Below are positions 25,867 to 33,908 of a DNA stretch of 33,908 nucleotides, piece by piece. Each line of letters starts with the position of its first letter. The stretch's first letter is position 1. The translations under genes were made by a program, and so were the position numbers. Source of the stretch: a virus (taxonomy: Duplodnaviria; Caudoviricetes); the IMG/VR virus record IMGVR_UViG_3300035670_000784, positions 1 to 33,908 of that record; one strand, written 5' to 3'. The notes below the pieces were generated by a model that was not told the DNA's origin, did not search any database, and worked only from the letters and a program-made list of their open reading frames with translations.

Positions 25867-25897
25867 TTTGGAGGATAGAAAAAAACGACTACATTTG
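25867..25897 (+). promoter_or_regulatory. Bacteroidota sigma-A promoter
   Basis: TTTG-N19-TACATTTG, full consensus. Confidence 0.7.
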
Positions 25898-25922
25898 TAG
25901 TGCATAATTGTTTTAGTGTTAG

Positions 25923-25959
25923 AAAAAGGGTTGCCAGATGAACGCGGTAACCCTTTTTT
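25923..25959. terminator. Bidirectional intrinsic terminator
   Basis: AAAAAGGGTTGCC/GGTAACCCTTTTTT. Confidence 0.85.
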
Positions 25960-26140
25960 GTTTAATATAATATACCTAATCGGGTATAAACCGGCTAAAT
26001 GCATAATATATTGCACCTTTTCGGGTATAGAATCAGGCTAAAACCTTACAAAAAAATCAAAATCTTAAGGTTATAGCAGTATAAAACCTTACTGATCAGA
26101 AAAAAAAGTTAAAAAAATTAAAATATTTTGTTGAGAAGTA

Positions 26141-26170
26141 TTGTTTATTGAAAAAGTTATATTATATTTG
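26141..26170 (+). promoter_or_regulatory. Early promoter (Bacteroidota sigma-A)
   Basis: TTG-N19-TATATTTG with upstream A tracts. Confidence 0.75.
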
Positions 26171-26201
26171 TCCTATAATTAACAACGCAAAACACAAAAC
26201 A

Positions 26202-26450
26202 ATGAAAACTTACACAAATTTAAACCAAAACGAAATCTCAGTATTAAAAGCAATTGCATTATCTTCTGAAGGCAACGGCGGCGACTTTACGTACTTTGAA
26301 GATGTTATTGAAGAGCTTGAGATATCTTTAACTAAAGAACAAGTTAAAGGTTATTTTTCTCAATTAGAAAAGAAAAAATATATCGGAATCTGCGAAGGTC
26401 AAATCTGCGCAGCAGGCGATGCAGATTATTTAACTGATTACGAATTTTAA
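26202..26450 (+). CDS. Early protein, possible winged HTH
   Basis: Start reassigned to ATG 26202; QVKGYFSQLEKKKYI. Confidence 0.55.
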   Translation: MKTYTNLNQNEISVLKAIALSSEGNGGDFTYFEDVIEELEISLTKEQVKGYFSQLEKKKYIGICEGQICAAGDADYLTDYEF

Positions 26451-26498
26451 TAAAACGAGGGGCGCGGCTCGGTAACGCGCATTTTAAAACAAAACAAG

Positions 26499-26666
26499 AT
26501 GCAAACATTTAGATTAACAATTTTAGATCACAACCGCCAAATGCTTTTCTTTATGAATATCACAGCAGACGGTTATTTAGAAGCCAGCAAGAAAGCTCGC
26601 AGAACTTTAGAAACAACTAGCGACAACCGCGCGTTTACTTTTGAATTAGAACAATTAACATTTTAA
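26499..26666 (+). CDS. Small early protein (55 aa)
   Basis: MQTFRLTILDHNRQMLFF...; A-rich start context. Not in the track. Confidence 0.55.
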   Translation: MQTFRLTILDHNRQMLFFMNITADGYLEASKKARRTLETTSDNRAFTFELEQLTF

Positions 26667-26668
26667 TT

Positions 26669-26929
26669 ATGAAAACAATTAAGCGCTACGTAATTTGGTT
26701 TAAAGGATTGAACCAAGACGAACGTCAAATTTTAGGAGGAGCTGCCGTTATGGTTTTGGGCTTTGCATTTCTTGTTTGGCTGCAGAGTACAAATAGATAT
26801 CCCGTACTAGATGCAAAAACACGAGACAATCAAACGTACCAGAAGCAAAGCTATCAGCTTAAACCGTCTTTTGATAAATACATGAACCACGTTTATAACG
26901 ACAAATTCGGATCAGATGAGCAACGTTAA
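26669..26929 (+). CDS. Single-TM hypothetical protein
   Basis: ILGGAAVMVLGFAFLVWL. Confidence 0.6.
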   Translation: MKTIKRYVIWFKGLNQDERQILGGAAVMVLGFAFLVWLQSTNRYPVLDAKTRDNQTYQKQSYQLKPSFDKYMNHVYNDKFGSDEQR

Positions 26930-27317
26930 TTTAGACATAGTTATTCAATTCATTAAAGAAAAAGGATTGGATAAAAAAAGCCGGAAGCGCGAAAAGGCCT
27001 ACGTAAGGCAATACTTAGTTTATAAGTTAAGAAATACGAATCTTTACGCTTGGTCTGAGCTGGGCCAATTGTTTAACAGGGATCACTCTACAATGATTTA
27101 TGCTTATAGGCAACACGAGGCATTGAAAAGCGATAGGTTTTATTTGCGATCAATTCAAGAAGCTGCAAATATGTTTGACGATGCCACGCTGCAATACGTT
27201 CCAAAGCCTAGGGATATTTATGAAGATTTACAAAAAGCAAATAACTTAGACGGCCTGCGCAGAATTAAGCGCTGGATCAAAGAAGGATTGTATGAACTTA
27301 AAACAGAAGAACAATGA
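26916..27317 (+). CDS. Protein with a DnaA C-terminal-like HTH
   Basis: SELGQLFNRDHSTMIYA. Confidence 0.7.
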   Translation: MSNVNLDIVIQFIKEKGLDKKSRKREKAYVRQYLVYKLRNTNLYAWSELGQLFNRDHSTMIYAYRQHEALKSDRFYLRSIQEAANMFDDATLQYVPKPRDIYEDLQKANNLDGLRRIKRWIKEGLYELKTEEQ

Positions 27318-27496
27318 CAAAAGAATTAGCAAGAACTTTATTAAGAAACTTCTGTAAAGAAAAGATTGAAGATGGCCAAGAACTGCCAATATATGATGAG
27401 GTTGTAACCAGAACATATAGTAATGGAACTTTAAACACATGGACATTTAGAGGTTTGTTGCAATTTATTTACGAATTAGAAGATAAAAAACAATGA
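27314..27496 (+). CDS. Hypothetical protein
   Basis: ATGA overlaps; preceded by a degenerate junction repeat (KTEEQ*). Confidence 0.55.
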   Translation: MTKELARTLLRNFCKEKIEDGQELPIYDEVVTRTYSNGTLNTWTFRGLLQFIYELEDKKQ

Positions 27497-27696
27497 CACC
27501 AAAAGAAAAAGCGAAAGAATTAGTAGATAAAATGCAATACCCTGTGGGCGGCGTTTATGTAATCAGTCATGTTGCTAACGAACTTGCATTGATTTTAGTT
27601 GATGAGATACTTCAAGCTTTAGATGAGCACCATTGGCAAAATAGAAATGTTACAGAATATTATAGAGAAGTAAAACACGAAATAAATAACTTATGA
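27493..27696 (+). CDS. Hypothetical protein (MTPKEKAKEL)
   Basis: ATGA overlaps. Confidence 0.6.
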   Translation: MTPKEKAKELVDKMQYPVGGVYVISHVANELALILVDEILQALDEHHWQNRNVTEYYREVKHEINNL

Positions 27697-27986
27697 ACCA
27701 AGAACAATACTCAGAAGCGGTAAAACGCAATTTAGAAAAGCTAATCGTATTAACTGCCATACTTCCGGTATTAGGCGATTACATCGAAGATTTAAACGAT
27801 GCTAACGTATTTAAGCATAACATCAAACGCAAGGCCTCAATGTTTCTGGAGGAGATCCAAAAGACGGACAGGCTGATAATTAACTATTCTGATCCGAAAG
27901 CAATGGAGCAGCAGGTAGATATCCAGCGCGCGTTTCGTGTTTGGGTAAAAGAAAACTTTAGCTTTGACAAATTATTAGAAGAATAA
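27693..27986 (+). CDS. Hypothetical protein
   Basis: 97 aa, ATGA overlap. Confidence 0.6.
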   Translation: MNQEQYSEAVKRNLEKLIVLTAILPVLGDYIEDLNDANVFKHNIKRKASMFLEEIQKTDRLIINYSDPKAMEQQVDIQRAFRVWVKENFSFDKLLEE

Positions 27987-27990
27987 TTAT

Positions 27991-28093
27991 TATATTTGCG
28001 CCTGAGTTGGTCCGACACCATAAACTCTAAAGGAATTATTTAACCCTTGTATTGAAGCGAAAGTCGGACCTCGCGGATATACAGGGGTTTTTT
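27991..28093 (+). promoter_or_regulatory. Promoter -7 element plus a structured leader ending in a terminator-like hairpin
   Basis: TATATTTG 27991-27998; hairpins at 28004-28027 and 28042-28089; T tract. Confidence 0.65.
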
Positions 28094-28112
28094 ATTACTT
28101 AAAAATTACAAA

Positions 28113-28286
28113 ATGAACGAAATTTATTTCAAATGTCAATTTAATGACAAGGATCAAATGATAGTTTCCAAAGGAGATTATATATGCTTTGAAATTATAG
28201 AAGGTGAAGAATCAAAAACGGTTTGTATTGACATTAAACAAGCGTACACCTTAATCAAAACTTTAGAAAATTTTAGCAATGAGTAA
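28113..28286 (+). CDS. Small hypothetical protein (57 aa)
   Basis: MNEIYFKCQFNDKDQMIVSKGDYICFEI.... Not in the track. Confidence 0.5.
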   Translation: MNEIYFKCQFNDKDQMIVSKGDYICFEIIEGEESKTVCIDIKQAYTLIKTLENFSNE

Positions 28287-28896
28287 GGAGCTTCCATTTT
28301 TTAAGTTTAACGCTACCGAATGGATAACTGGTAATATCAGTTACGAATCATTCGAGCTACAAGGAGCATTCATTAGTGTGTGCGCAGAGTATTGGAATAG
28401 GAATAATAATCTAACAATTGACGAAGCAAAGCTACGCTTAAGGAACGCTACAATAGTTGATTTATTGATTGAAAAAAATTATTTAAAGACGAAAAAAAAT
28501 AAAATTGTAATTACCTTTTTAGATAAGGAACGTGAAGAGATTGAATCTAAACGATTGAAACTCAGTGAATCAGGTCGCAAGGGTGGCTTAAGCAGGGCTA
28601 AAGCATCGCTAAAGCAAGGCTCAAGCATTAAAGAAGTAGATAAAGATAAAGAATATAATATAGCTGAACGCAAACAAAAGTTTGCTTCTAATTTAGCTTC
28701 TTTTGTAGATATCTACGGCAAACAAATGATTAGAGATTTTTATGATTATTGGACTGAACACGGAGAAAGAGATAAAAAAATGCGTTACGAAAAGGAAACA
28801 AGTTTTAACTTAGATGCCCGTTTAAATCGTTGGAATAAAAACGTACAAGAACGTAATAAACCTAAATTCAATGCACCTACAACAATTATCGACTAA
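28279..28896 (+). CDS. Putative replication initiator (YdaU/DUF1376-like N-terminus)
   Basis: LPFFKF...W..G.I...QGAFI...YW; SESGRKGG; FYDYW; upstream of the helicase. Confidence 0.65.
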   Translation: MSKELPFFKFNATEWITGNISYESFELQGAFISVCAEYWNRNNNLTIDEAKLRLRNATIVDLLIEKNYLKTKKNKIVITFLDKEREEIESKRLKLSESGRKGGLSRAKASLKQGSSIKEVDKDKEYNIAERKQKFASNLASFVDIYGKQMIRDFYDYWTEHGERDKKMRYEKETSFNLDARLNRWNKNVQERNKPKFNAPTTIID

Positions 28897-29930
28897 TGTA
28901 CAAAAGACTTAAAGACCTAAACGCCGAAATGTTTGCAGTACGTCAACAGGCAGATGTCAAAGGCAAGTCAATCGGTTGGGATTGGGATATGCTTCCGTTT
29001 ACGATTAAAGAAGGAGCTACAACTTACATAGGCGCCGCGCCTGCATCTGGAAAGACGGAGCTATGGTTTGAATTTCTTATAAACCTTTCTTGTTTGCACG
29101 GTTGGAATCACGTAGTATTTTCACCTGAAACCGGAAGCAGCGCAGAGATATTTGCAGAACTTTGCTATAAGTACATAGGTAAGCCATACGTACAAGGTAA
29201 AAACTCAATGACCAACGGCGAGCAAATAAGCGCTGAGATGTTTGTAAACGAACACTTCATTGTTATTGATCCGATTGATGAGGATTTGACTATTACTAAA
29301 TTCTACCAACTTGTAGATGAGATAGAAAAGCAGGAAGGGATCAAAATACATACAACCACTATCGACCCTTGGAACGAATTAACAGAAGAATTTTTACCTT
29401 CTGATCTGGGCCGCGAAGATAAGTACCTGAGCAGGATTTTAGGATTGGTTCGTAAGAACGCGCGTAAAACAAGCCGACACAATTGCGTTATTAATCACGT
29501 TAGGGATCAGCCAATGGTAAGCGCTAAAACAATAGCAGGAACCGATATAAGCTATTTTCCAATGCCAAGCGCTAGAGACTTTGCAGGAGGGCAGGTATGG
29601 TTTAGAAAAGGTCTTAGCGTATTAATACCTTGGCGCCCACCTTATGGCCTTCCAGATGCAGACGGTACCGGAGCTGAAAAGAATGAAGTACATTTGAAGG
29701 TAGCCAAAAGTAAACCGAAAGGCGTATCAAAAAACGGAGTTTATAAAATGTTCTTGGATATAGAACGTTACCAATATTATATGCTGGATTTTAAAGGTAA
29801 TCGGGTTTATGCTGATCGCGGCCAAACCTATAAACCGGAATCGCAAAAAAAAATACAAATACCAAGAGACGGACAAATAGAAACCACTTCGGAAAAGCTC
29901 CGTAGATTAGCTAAACAAAACCCTTTTTAA
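28896..29930 (+). CDS. DnaB/SF4-like replicative helicase
   Basis: GAAPASGKT, FSPE, IDPWNEL, VINH, KVAKSK. Confidence 0.75.
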   Translation: MYKRLKDLNAEMFAVRQQADVKGKSIGWDWDMLPFTIKEGATTYIGAAPASGKTELWFEFLINLSCLHGWNHVVFSPETGSSAEIFAELCYKYIGKPYVQGKNSMTNGEQISAEMFVNEHFIVIDPIDEDLTITKFYQLVDEIEKQEGIKIHTTTIDPWNELTEEFLPSDLGREDKYLSRILGLVRKNARKTSRHNCVINHVRDQPMVSAKTIAGTDISYFPMPSARDFAGGQVWFRKGLSVLIPWRPPYGLPDADGTGAEKNEVHLKVAKSKPKGVSKNGVYKMFLDIERYQYYMLDFKGNRVYADRGQTYKPESQKKIQIPRDGQIETTSEKLRRLAKQNPF

Positions 29931-29931
29931 A

Positions 29932-30228
29932 ATGGATTTATCACTAAAGTTATTATGGGCCAAAACAACTGTTTGGACGGTAGCCCAAAGAATCAAAAAC
30001 GTCAGAGAAAAACTAGAACAAGAAAAGCCTAACGCAAAAGATTACATACAAGGCGGTAAGGAAAGCGAGCAGTATTTACTTGAAACGCTAAACGTAATCA
30101 ATCTGCTAGAGGATGAGATTACAAGCTTAAACCGCGAATTAAACCAACTAGCGAGAAGAAACGCGCAGCTCCGCGTAGCATACGACGAACTAAAAAACGA
30201 ACTAAAATTTAAAAACGTAGAATTATGA
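29932..30228 (+). CDS. Coiled-coil hypothetical protein
   Basis: 98 aa. Confidence 0.6.
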   Translation: MDLSLKLLWAKTTVWTVAQRIKNVREKLEQEKPNAKDYIQGGKESEQYLLETLNVINLLEDEITSLNRELNQLARRNAQLRVAYDELKNELKFKNVEL

Positions 30229-30458
30229 AACCAACAGCAGTAGAATTTTATAGAGAAGAATATAAAGCTTTAGTTATCCTTAGAAAATCCAAGTTTAAAA
30301 CGGAACAAGAAATCTTTGAAAAAGCCAAAGAAATGGAAAAAATCGAAAAACTAAAACGCCAGCTTTTTATCGGAAAAGTACAAGAGATTATAGGCTTTGA
30401 AAAAACGATTGAACTACTTAAAGAATGTAACGAAACATTTAAAGATGCCGCGTTGTAA
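30225..30458 (+). CDS. Hypothetical protein, MKTAVE-like N-terminus
   Basis: MKPTAVEF...EKAKEMEK resembles 33577..33810. Confidence 0.6.
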   Translation: MKPTAVEFYREEYKALVILRKSKFKTEQEIFEKAKEMEKIEKLKRQLFIGKVQEIIGFEKTIELLKECNETFKDAAL

Positions 30459-30963
30459 AAACTGCAAAGAGAAGTTTGAGCCGGTCCGCTTCAATCAAAA
30501 GTTTTGTTTTGATCCGGAATGCGTTAAAGTTTGGGTATCTGAGGCTAAAGATCAGAGTTGGAAAAAGACGAAAAAGAAAATGCAGTCAGAAATTGAAACC
30601 GTACAGGAACTGATGAAGGCAGCGCAAATAGTTTTCAATAAGTATATCCGGATCAGAGATAAAGACAAACCTTGCGTTAGTTGCGGTTCTAAGCTAGGAG
30701 ATAAATTCGACGCCGGCCACTATTTTAGTTCTGGAGGACATAAAGCGGTTACATTCGATGAAGATAACGTCCACGGCCAATGCGTAGCCTGCAACCAATG
30801 GAAACACGGAAACCTGATCAACTACCAACTAGGAATACAGGAGCGCATCGGAGCAGATAGATTACTGCAACTTCACGAAAAAGCTAACGAAACGCGTAAG
30901 TACACCAGAGAAGAACTACGCAACCTGATCGCAGTTTACAAGGAAAAGATAAAAAAAATGTGA
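30445..30963 (+). CDS. ninG: NinG/Rap-like recombination endonuclease
   Basis: FNKYIRIRD...CVSCG...DAGHY...FDEDNVHGQCVACN; start reassigned to ATG 30445. Confidence 0.85.
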   Translation: MPRCKNCKEKFEPVRFNQKFCFDPECVKVWVSEAKDQSWKKTKKKMQSEIETVQELMKAAQIVFNKYIRIRDKDKPCVSCGSKLGDKFDAGHYFSSGGHKAVTFDEDNVHGQCVACNQWKHGNLINYQLGIQERIGADRLLQLHEKANETRKYTREELRNLIAVYKEKIKKM

Positions 30964-30979
30964 AATATTTTATTCGGAC

Positions 30980-31011
30980 TTGTTTTATATTAAAAAAATA
31001 TATTATATTTG
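30980..31011 (+). promoter_or_regulatory. Bacteroidota sigma-A promoter
   Basis: TTG-N21-TATATTTG. Confidence 0.65.
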
Positions 31012-31034
31012 TTGAAACATTTAAACAAAACAAT

Positions 31035-31286
31035 ATGCAACCACAAGAAAACATCATCAAATTTGAAGCAGGGAACGTTTACGAAATGTCATTTATCACT
31101 GACAGCGATTTACGCCCTAAATTTATTTGCGTAAAAACAACTAGCAAAACAGCAACGTTTGAGCGTTTTGGCAACCCTTCTGATAAGTTCACTAAAAAAC
31201 TTAAAGTTTGGGATAATGTAGAATACGTTTTGGATGGCAGCTATTCAATGGCGCCAAGAATCAAAGCGGATAAAATAGTAATGTAA
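31035..31286 (+). CDS. Hypothetical protein
   Basis: Start reassigned to ATG 31035, downstream of the promoter. Confidence 0.6.
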   Translation: MQPQENIIKFEAGNVYEMSFITDSDLRPKFICVKTTSKTATFERFGNPSDKFTKKLKVWDNVEYVLDGSYSMAPRIKADKIVM

Positions 31287-31312
31287 TTAATAACCCTAAA
31301 AACAAAAATGCA

Positions 31313-31840
31313 ATGAAAAATCTATTTAAACATTTAGCAGCCTTCCAACAAGAAGTACCTGTAATTCACAAAGCTACTCAGGGCTTCGGCTATTCTTACG
31401 CTGATCTTCCGGCTATCTTTGAAAAAATCAATCCGTTGTTAGCTAAACACGGACTAGGATTCACGCAGTTGATCGAAACTATTGAAGGCGCTAACTACAT
31501 TAAAACAATCGTCTTTCACGTTGAAACAGGCGAGAATTTATCAAGTTGCGTTTTGATTCCTTACGTACAACTCAAGGGTATGAATGACTACCAAGGCTTT
31601 GGCTCTGGGGTAACTTACTACCGCCGCTACGCATTGAGCGCTGCACTTGGTTTGGTTACAGACAAAGATACAGACGGATCAGGAGAGCAAGTAAAAAGCG
31701 AAAAGAAACTACCTGCTATTGATGCTAAGCGCTTTCAAGAAGCCGTTAAGGCAATCGGTACCGGAACGTTCAACAGAGCGAACCTAGAAAAGCATTTTAG
31801 CTTAACTGCTGAGCAAACTGAAATACTAAACGCGCTATGA
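31313..31840 (+). CDS. erf: ERF-family single-strand annealing protein
   Basis: YADL...GSGVTYYRRYALSAALGL...DTDG. Confidence 0.88.
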   Translation: MKNLFKHLAAFQQEVPVIHKATQGFGYSYADLPAIFEKINPLLAKHGLGFTQLIETIEGANYIKTIVFHVETGENLSSCVLIPYVQLKGMNDYQGFGSGVTYYRRYALSAALGLVTDKDTDGSGEQVKSEKKLPAIDAKRFQEAVKAIGTGTFNRANLEKHFSLTAEQTEILNAL

Positions 31841-32505
31841 AAGTAAGAGCAAGCGCACTAGCGAAAATGATGGCTACTCCCCGATCAAAAGGGGAGCTGC
31901 TTTCTCAAACTGCAAAAAGCTACATTAAAGAAGTTGTATTGCAGGATAAGTACGGAATTTACAAAGAGTTCAATTCCAGATACACGGACAAAGGTAACCA
32001 AACGGAAGATGAGGCTATACAGTTGGTTTCTGAAGTTATGGATTTAGGATTCGTACTAAAAAACGAAGAAAAGTTTGAAAACGAATTTATAAAAGGAACT
32101 CCGGACGTAATTACAGAAAACCTAATCATAGATACAAAGGTTAGTTGGTCCGCTGCTACGTTTCCTTTCTTTGAAGATGAGCTACCAAATTCTGACTACT
32201 ATTGGCAAATGCAGGCTTACATGTGGATGACAGGAAAGCGCCAAGCCGTTGTAGCTTACTGCCTAATTAATACGCCTTATTTGATTCTGGAAGATGAGAT
32301 ACGCCGCGAGCATTGGAAGCAGAACGTAATTGGAGAAAGCGACGAGATACGCGCATACGTAGAAGCTCAGCACAATTTTGATCATATACCAAAACACGAA
32401 CGCGTTAAGTTGTTTTATGTAGATTACAATGAGCAAGATATTGAACGCGCTAAAGAAAAAATACAAATAGGATGTGTACTATACAATCAACTAATGAACC
32501 AATGA
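31837..32505 (+). CDS. YqaJ/lambda-type PD-(D/E)XK exonuclease
   Basis: RAS...GN..E..A...GTPD...DTK...YYWQMQAYM. Confidence 0.8.
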   Translation: MKVRASALAKMMATPRSKGELLSQTAKSYIKEVVLQDKYGIYKEFNSRYTDKGNQTEDEAIQLVSEVMDLGFVLKNEEKFENEFIKGTPDVITENLIIDTKVSWSAATFPFFEDELPNSDYYWQMQAYMWMTGKRQAVVAYCLINTPYLILEDEIRREHWKQNVIGESDEIRAYVEAQHNFDHIPKHERVKLFYVDYNEQDIERAKEKIQIGCVLYNQLMNQ

Positions 32506-32702
32506 GAAAGAAAGTAAACCGGTATTTTGTAGCTATAATAAATATTCACGATGAAAATTTTGAGTTATTAGAAGAACGCATCAAAGACCTGCTGCAGGAA
32601 ATGCGAGTACACTACATAATCAATTATAGCAATCAGGATCCGGTTTTGATTCAAGAGGTAACAGAGCTGGCATTTAAAGACGAACTATCACAATTTAACT
32701 AA
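32502..32702 (+). CDS. Hypothetical protein
   Basis: Start reassigned to ATG 32502 (ATGA overlap). Confidence 0.55.
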   Translation: MRKKVNRYFVAIINIHDENFELLEERIKDLLQEMRVHYIINYSNQDPVLIQEVTELAFKDELSQFN

Positions 32703-32703
32703 T

Positions 32704-32895
32704 ATGAAAGAGCTTATTATAAAAGAAATTCTAGATAGATACGAAAAAGCTATTAATGAATTATCATACTACAAAAGAAGAGTAGAAAATCACGAGCAAC
32801 AAATAAGAGCTGCTAACCGGGAAAATCAGCAGTTAAAATCTGATAGGCATTTTCTTGAAGCGCAATTAGACGAACTTAAAAAAACAAAACAATGA
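32704..32895 (+). CDS. Coiled-coil hypothetical protein
   Basis: 63 aa. Confidence 0.55.
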   Translation: MKELIIKEILDRYEKAINELSYYKRRVENHEQQIRAANRENQQLKSDRHFLEAQLDELKKTKQ

Positions 32896-33110
32896 ACTTA
32901 AAGCTACAAGTAGAAGACCCGATTGTCCTCAAAGTAATGAGCAAGTTTTATGACCGATCACAACGAGGAATAGAGAAGTACGGTACAATGTTAACACGAA
33001 CTGATTTAAGTGCGTTAGAATGGCTTAATCACGCTCAGGACGAAGCTATGGACTTTTGTTTGTACTTGGAGCGTTTGAAAGACGAAGTGAAACAATTTAA
33101 ACAAGGATAA
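32892..33110 (+). CDS. Conserved small phage protein, copy 2
   Basis: Homolog of 467..724 with a divergent C-terminus. Confidence 0.7.
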   Translation: MNLKLQVEDPIVLKVMSKFYDRSQRGIEKYGTMLTRTDLSALEWLNHAQDEAMDFCLYLERLKDEVKQFKQG

Positions 33111-33149
33111 GGGGTAAAAATTGCCACATATCTAAACACGAAATGTAAA
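33101..33149 (+). repeat. 49-nt array leader, copy 2
   Basis: Identical to 708-756. Confidence 0.9.
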
Positions 33150-33165
33150 CTAAACAACAAGAACA

Positions 33166-33372
33166 ATGAAAACAAAATTTTTACAAAGTGTAGAGAGATA
33201 CACAAACAAACAACAAGGAAAAACAGGATACAAGGCTATTTATAGCAATGGAATTGATTTTCAAACATTATTCTTCCCAATTAGAAATGGAGTAGATGTT
33301 ATTAACATTCCTTCAATTATTAACTCAGCTCAAACAATAGATGATTTAGAAGCTATTGGGGCAGAACTTTAA
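33166..33372 (+). CDS. Cassette gene MKTKFLQ, copy 2
   Basis: 4 aa differences from 1219..1425. Confidence 0.75.
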   Translation: MKTKFLQSVERYTNKQQGKTGYKAIYSNGIDFQTLFFPIRNGVDVINIPSIINSAQTIDDLEAIGAEL

Positions 33373-33384
33373 ACAACAAGAACA

Positions 33385-33564
33385 ATGAAAGTAGTATATG
33401 AACAAGATTTAGGTATGGAAACCTATGCAGAAGTAAGGCTAACACCTAACAAAAAGTATGTAGTATTTGTAACTCCTATGTTTGGAGGTGATTTCTTTCA
33501 GTACACACAAGATGAATTTGATACTTTGGAAGAGGCAAAAAAATTTGTTAACTCAATTACTTAA
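33385..33564 (+). CDS. Cassette gene (59 aa)
   Basis: MKVVYEQDLGMETYAEVRL...FDTLEEAKKFVNSIT*, bounded by repeats. Not in the track. Confidence 0.7.
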   Translation: MKVVYEQDLGMETYAEVRLTPNKKYVVFVTPMFGGDFFQYTQDEFDTLEEAKKFVNSIT

Positions 33565-33576
33565 ACAACAAGAACA

Positions 33577-33810
33577 ATGAAAACAGCAGTAGAATGGCTT
33601 GAAAAAGAAGTAAACCAATATGGAATTTTAACAAAAGGCTTAGTACTTAATCTTCTAAGTCAAGCTAAAGAAATGGATAAACAAGCCCACAAAGAAACTT
33701 GGGATGTAGCACATCAAGCGGGTAGATTTGAAGGCAAAGGTATTGCAGAAGAAAATTGGCAAACATTTGAAGAGTATTGGGATGAAACCTTTAAACAACA
33801 AGAACAATGA
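33577..33810 (+). CDS. Cassette gene, MKTAVEW family
   Basis: Bounded by repeats; ends ETFKQQEQ like 777..1007. Confidence 0.75.
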   Translation: MKTAVEWLEKEVNQYGILTKGLVLNLLSQAKEMDKQAHKETWDVAHQAGRFEGKGIAEENWQTFEEYWDETFKQQEQ

Positions 33811-33908
33811 AACAAAAACACACTTGGATTGATTCGTGTTTAGGTAATTATGATTGGTATAGACAAATAAGAGGTGGAGTTTGGTATCAGCACGTTTATA
33901 CTGATGAT
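33807..33908 (+). CDS. Truncated copy of the MKQKHTW cassette (= 1004..1105)
   Basis: Part of the 127-nt overlap. Confidence 0.75.
   Translation, partial: MKQKHTWIDSCLGNYDWYRQIRGGVWYQHVYTDD

Larger units (their letters stand above)
33152..33812 (+). repeat. Cassette-junction repeat, exact copies at 33152, 33371, 33563, 33793
   Basis: AAACAACAAGAACAATGAAA spans every ATG. Confidence 0.95.

Noticed and set aside
27300-27319. Degenerate junction repeat (KTEEQ*) as a second cassette array
   Set aside because: It is a single imperfect copy, indistinguishable from ordinary A-rich ATGA coupling.
3619-32466. Minus-strand ORFs in the track
   Set aside because: They lie antisense to well-supported + strand genes and have no recognisable motifs, so they are shadow ORFs.
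1-33908. Integrase, reverse transcriptase/DGR, tRNA or rRNA genes
   Set aside because: I saw no recombinase or RT motifs, TR/VR pair or cloverleaf; a tRNAscan-SE run would be needed to exclude tRNAs.

Overview
An apparently complete ~32.8 kb tailed (siphovirus-like) dsDNA phage, almost certainly infecting a Bacteroidota/Flavobacteria host (TAnnTTTG promoters, A-rich start regions with no Shine-Dalgarno). All credible genes are on the + strand, and no integrase is visible. The modules are: a small-gene array, HNH, SSB-like protein, sigma factor, phosphoesterase, ParB/ABC-GNAT, terminase, tail, head, lysis, early genes, replication and ERF/exonuclease recombination. The last 127 nt (33782-33908) exactly repeat 979-1105, so 979-33781 probably closes as a circle and 1-978 looks like a branch from a different phage. 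The most notable signals are: (1) a 42-nt in-frame hairpin carrying a TAA stop inside the Walker A motif of the terminase large subunit; (2) an array of small genes joined by an exact 20-nt repeat that supplies stop and start codons, with shuffled, duplicated and fused cassettes behind a conserved 49-nt leader; (3) a four-copy GCAAC-N15-AAGTT putative late promoter; (4) two slippery sites; (5) several candidate structured RNAs; and (6) sharp GATC/CCGG-free blocks over the tail modules. All protein calls come from motif recognition by eye; no searches were run.
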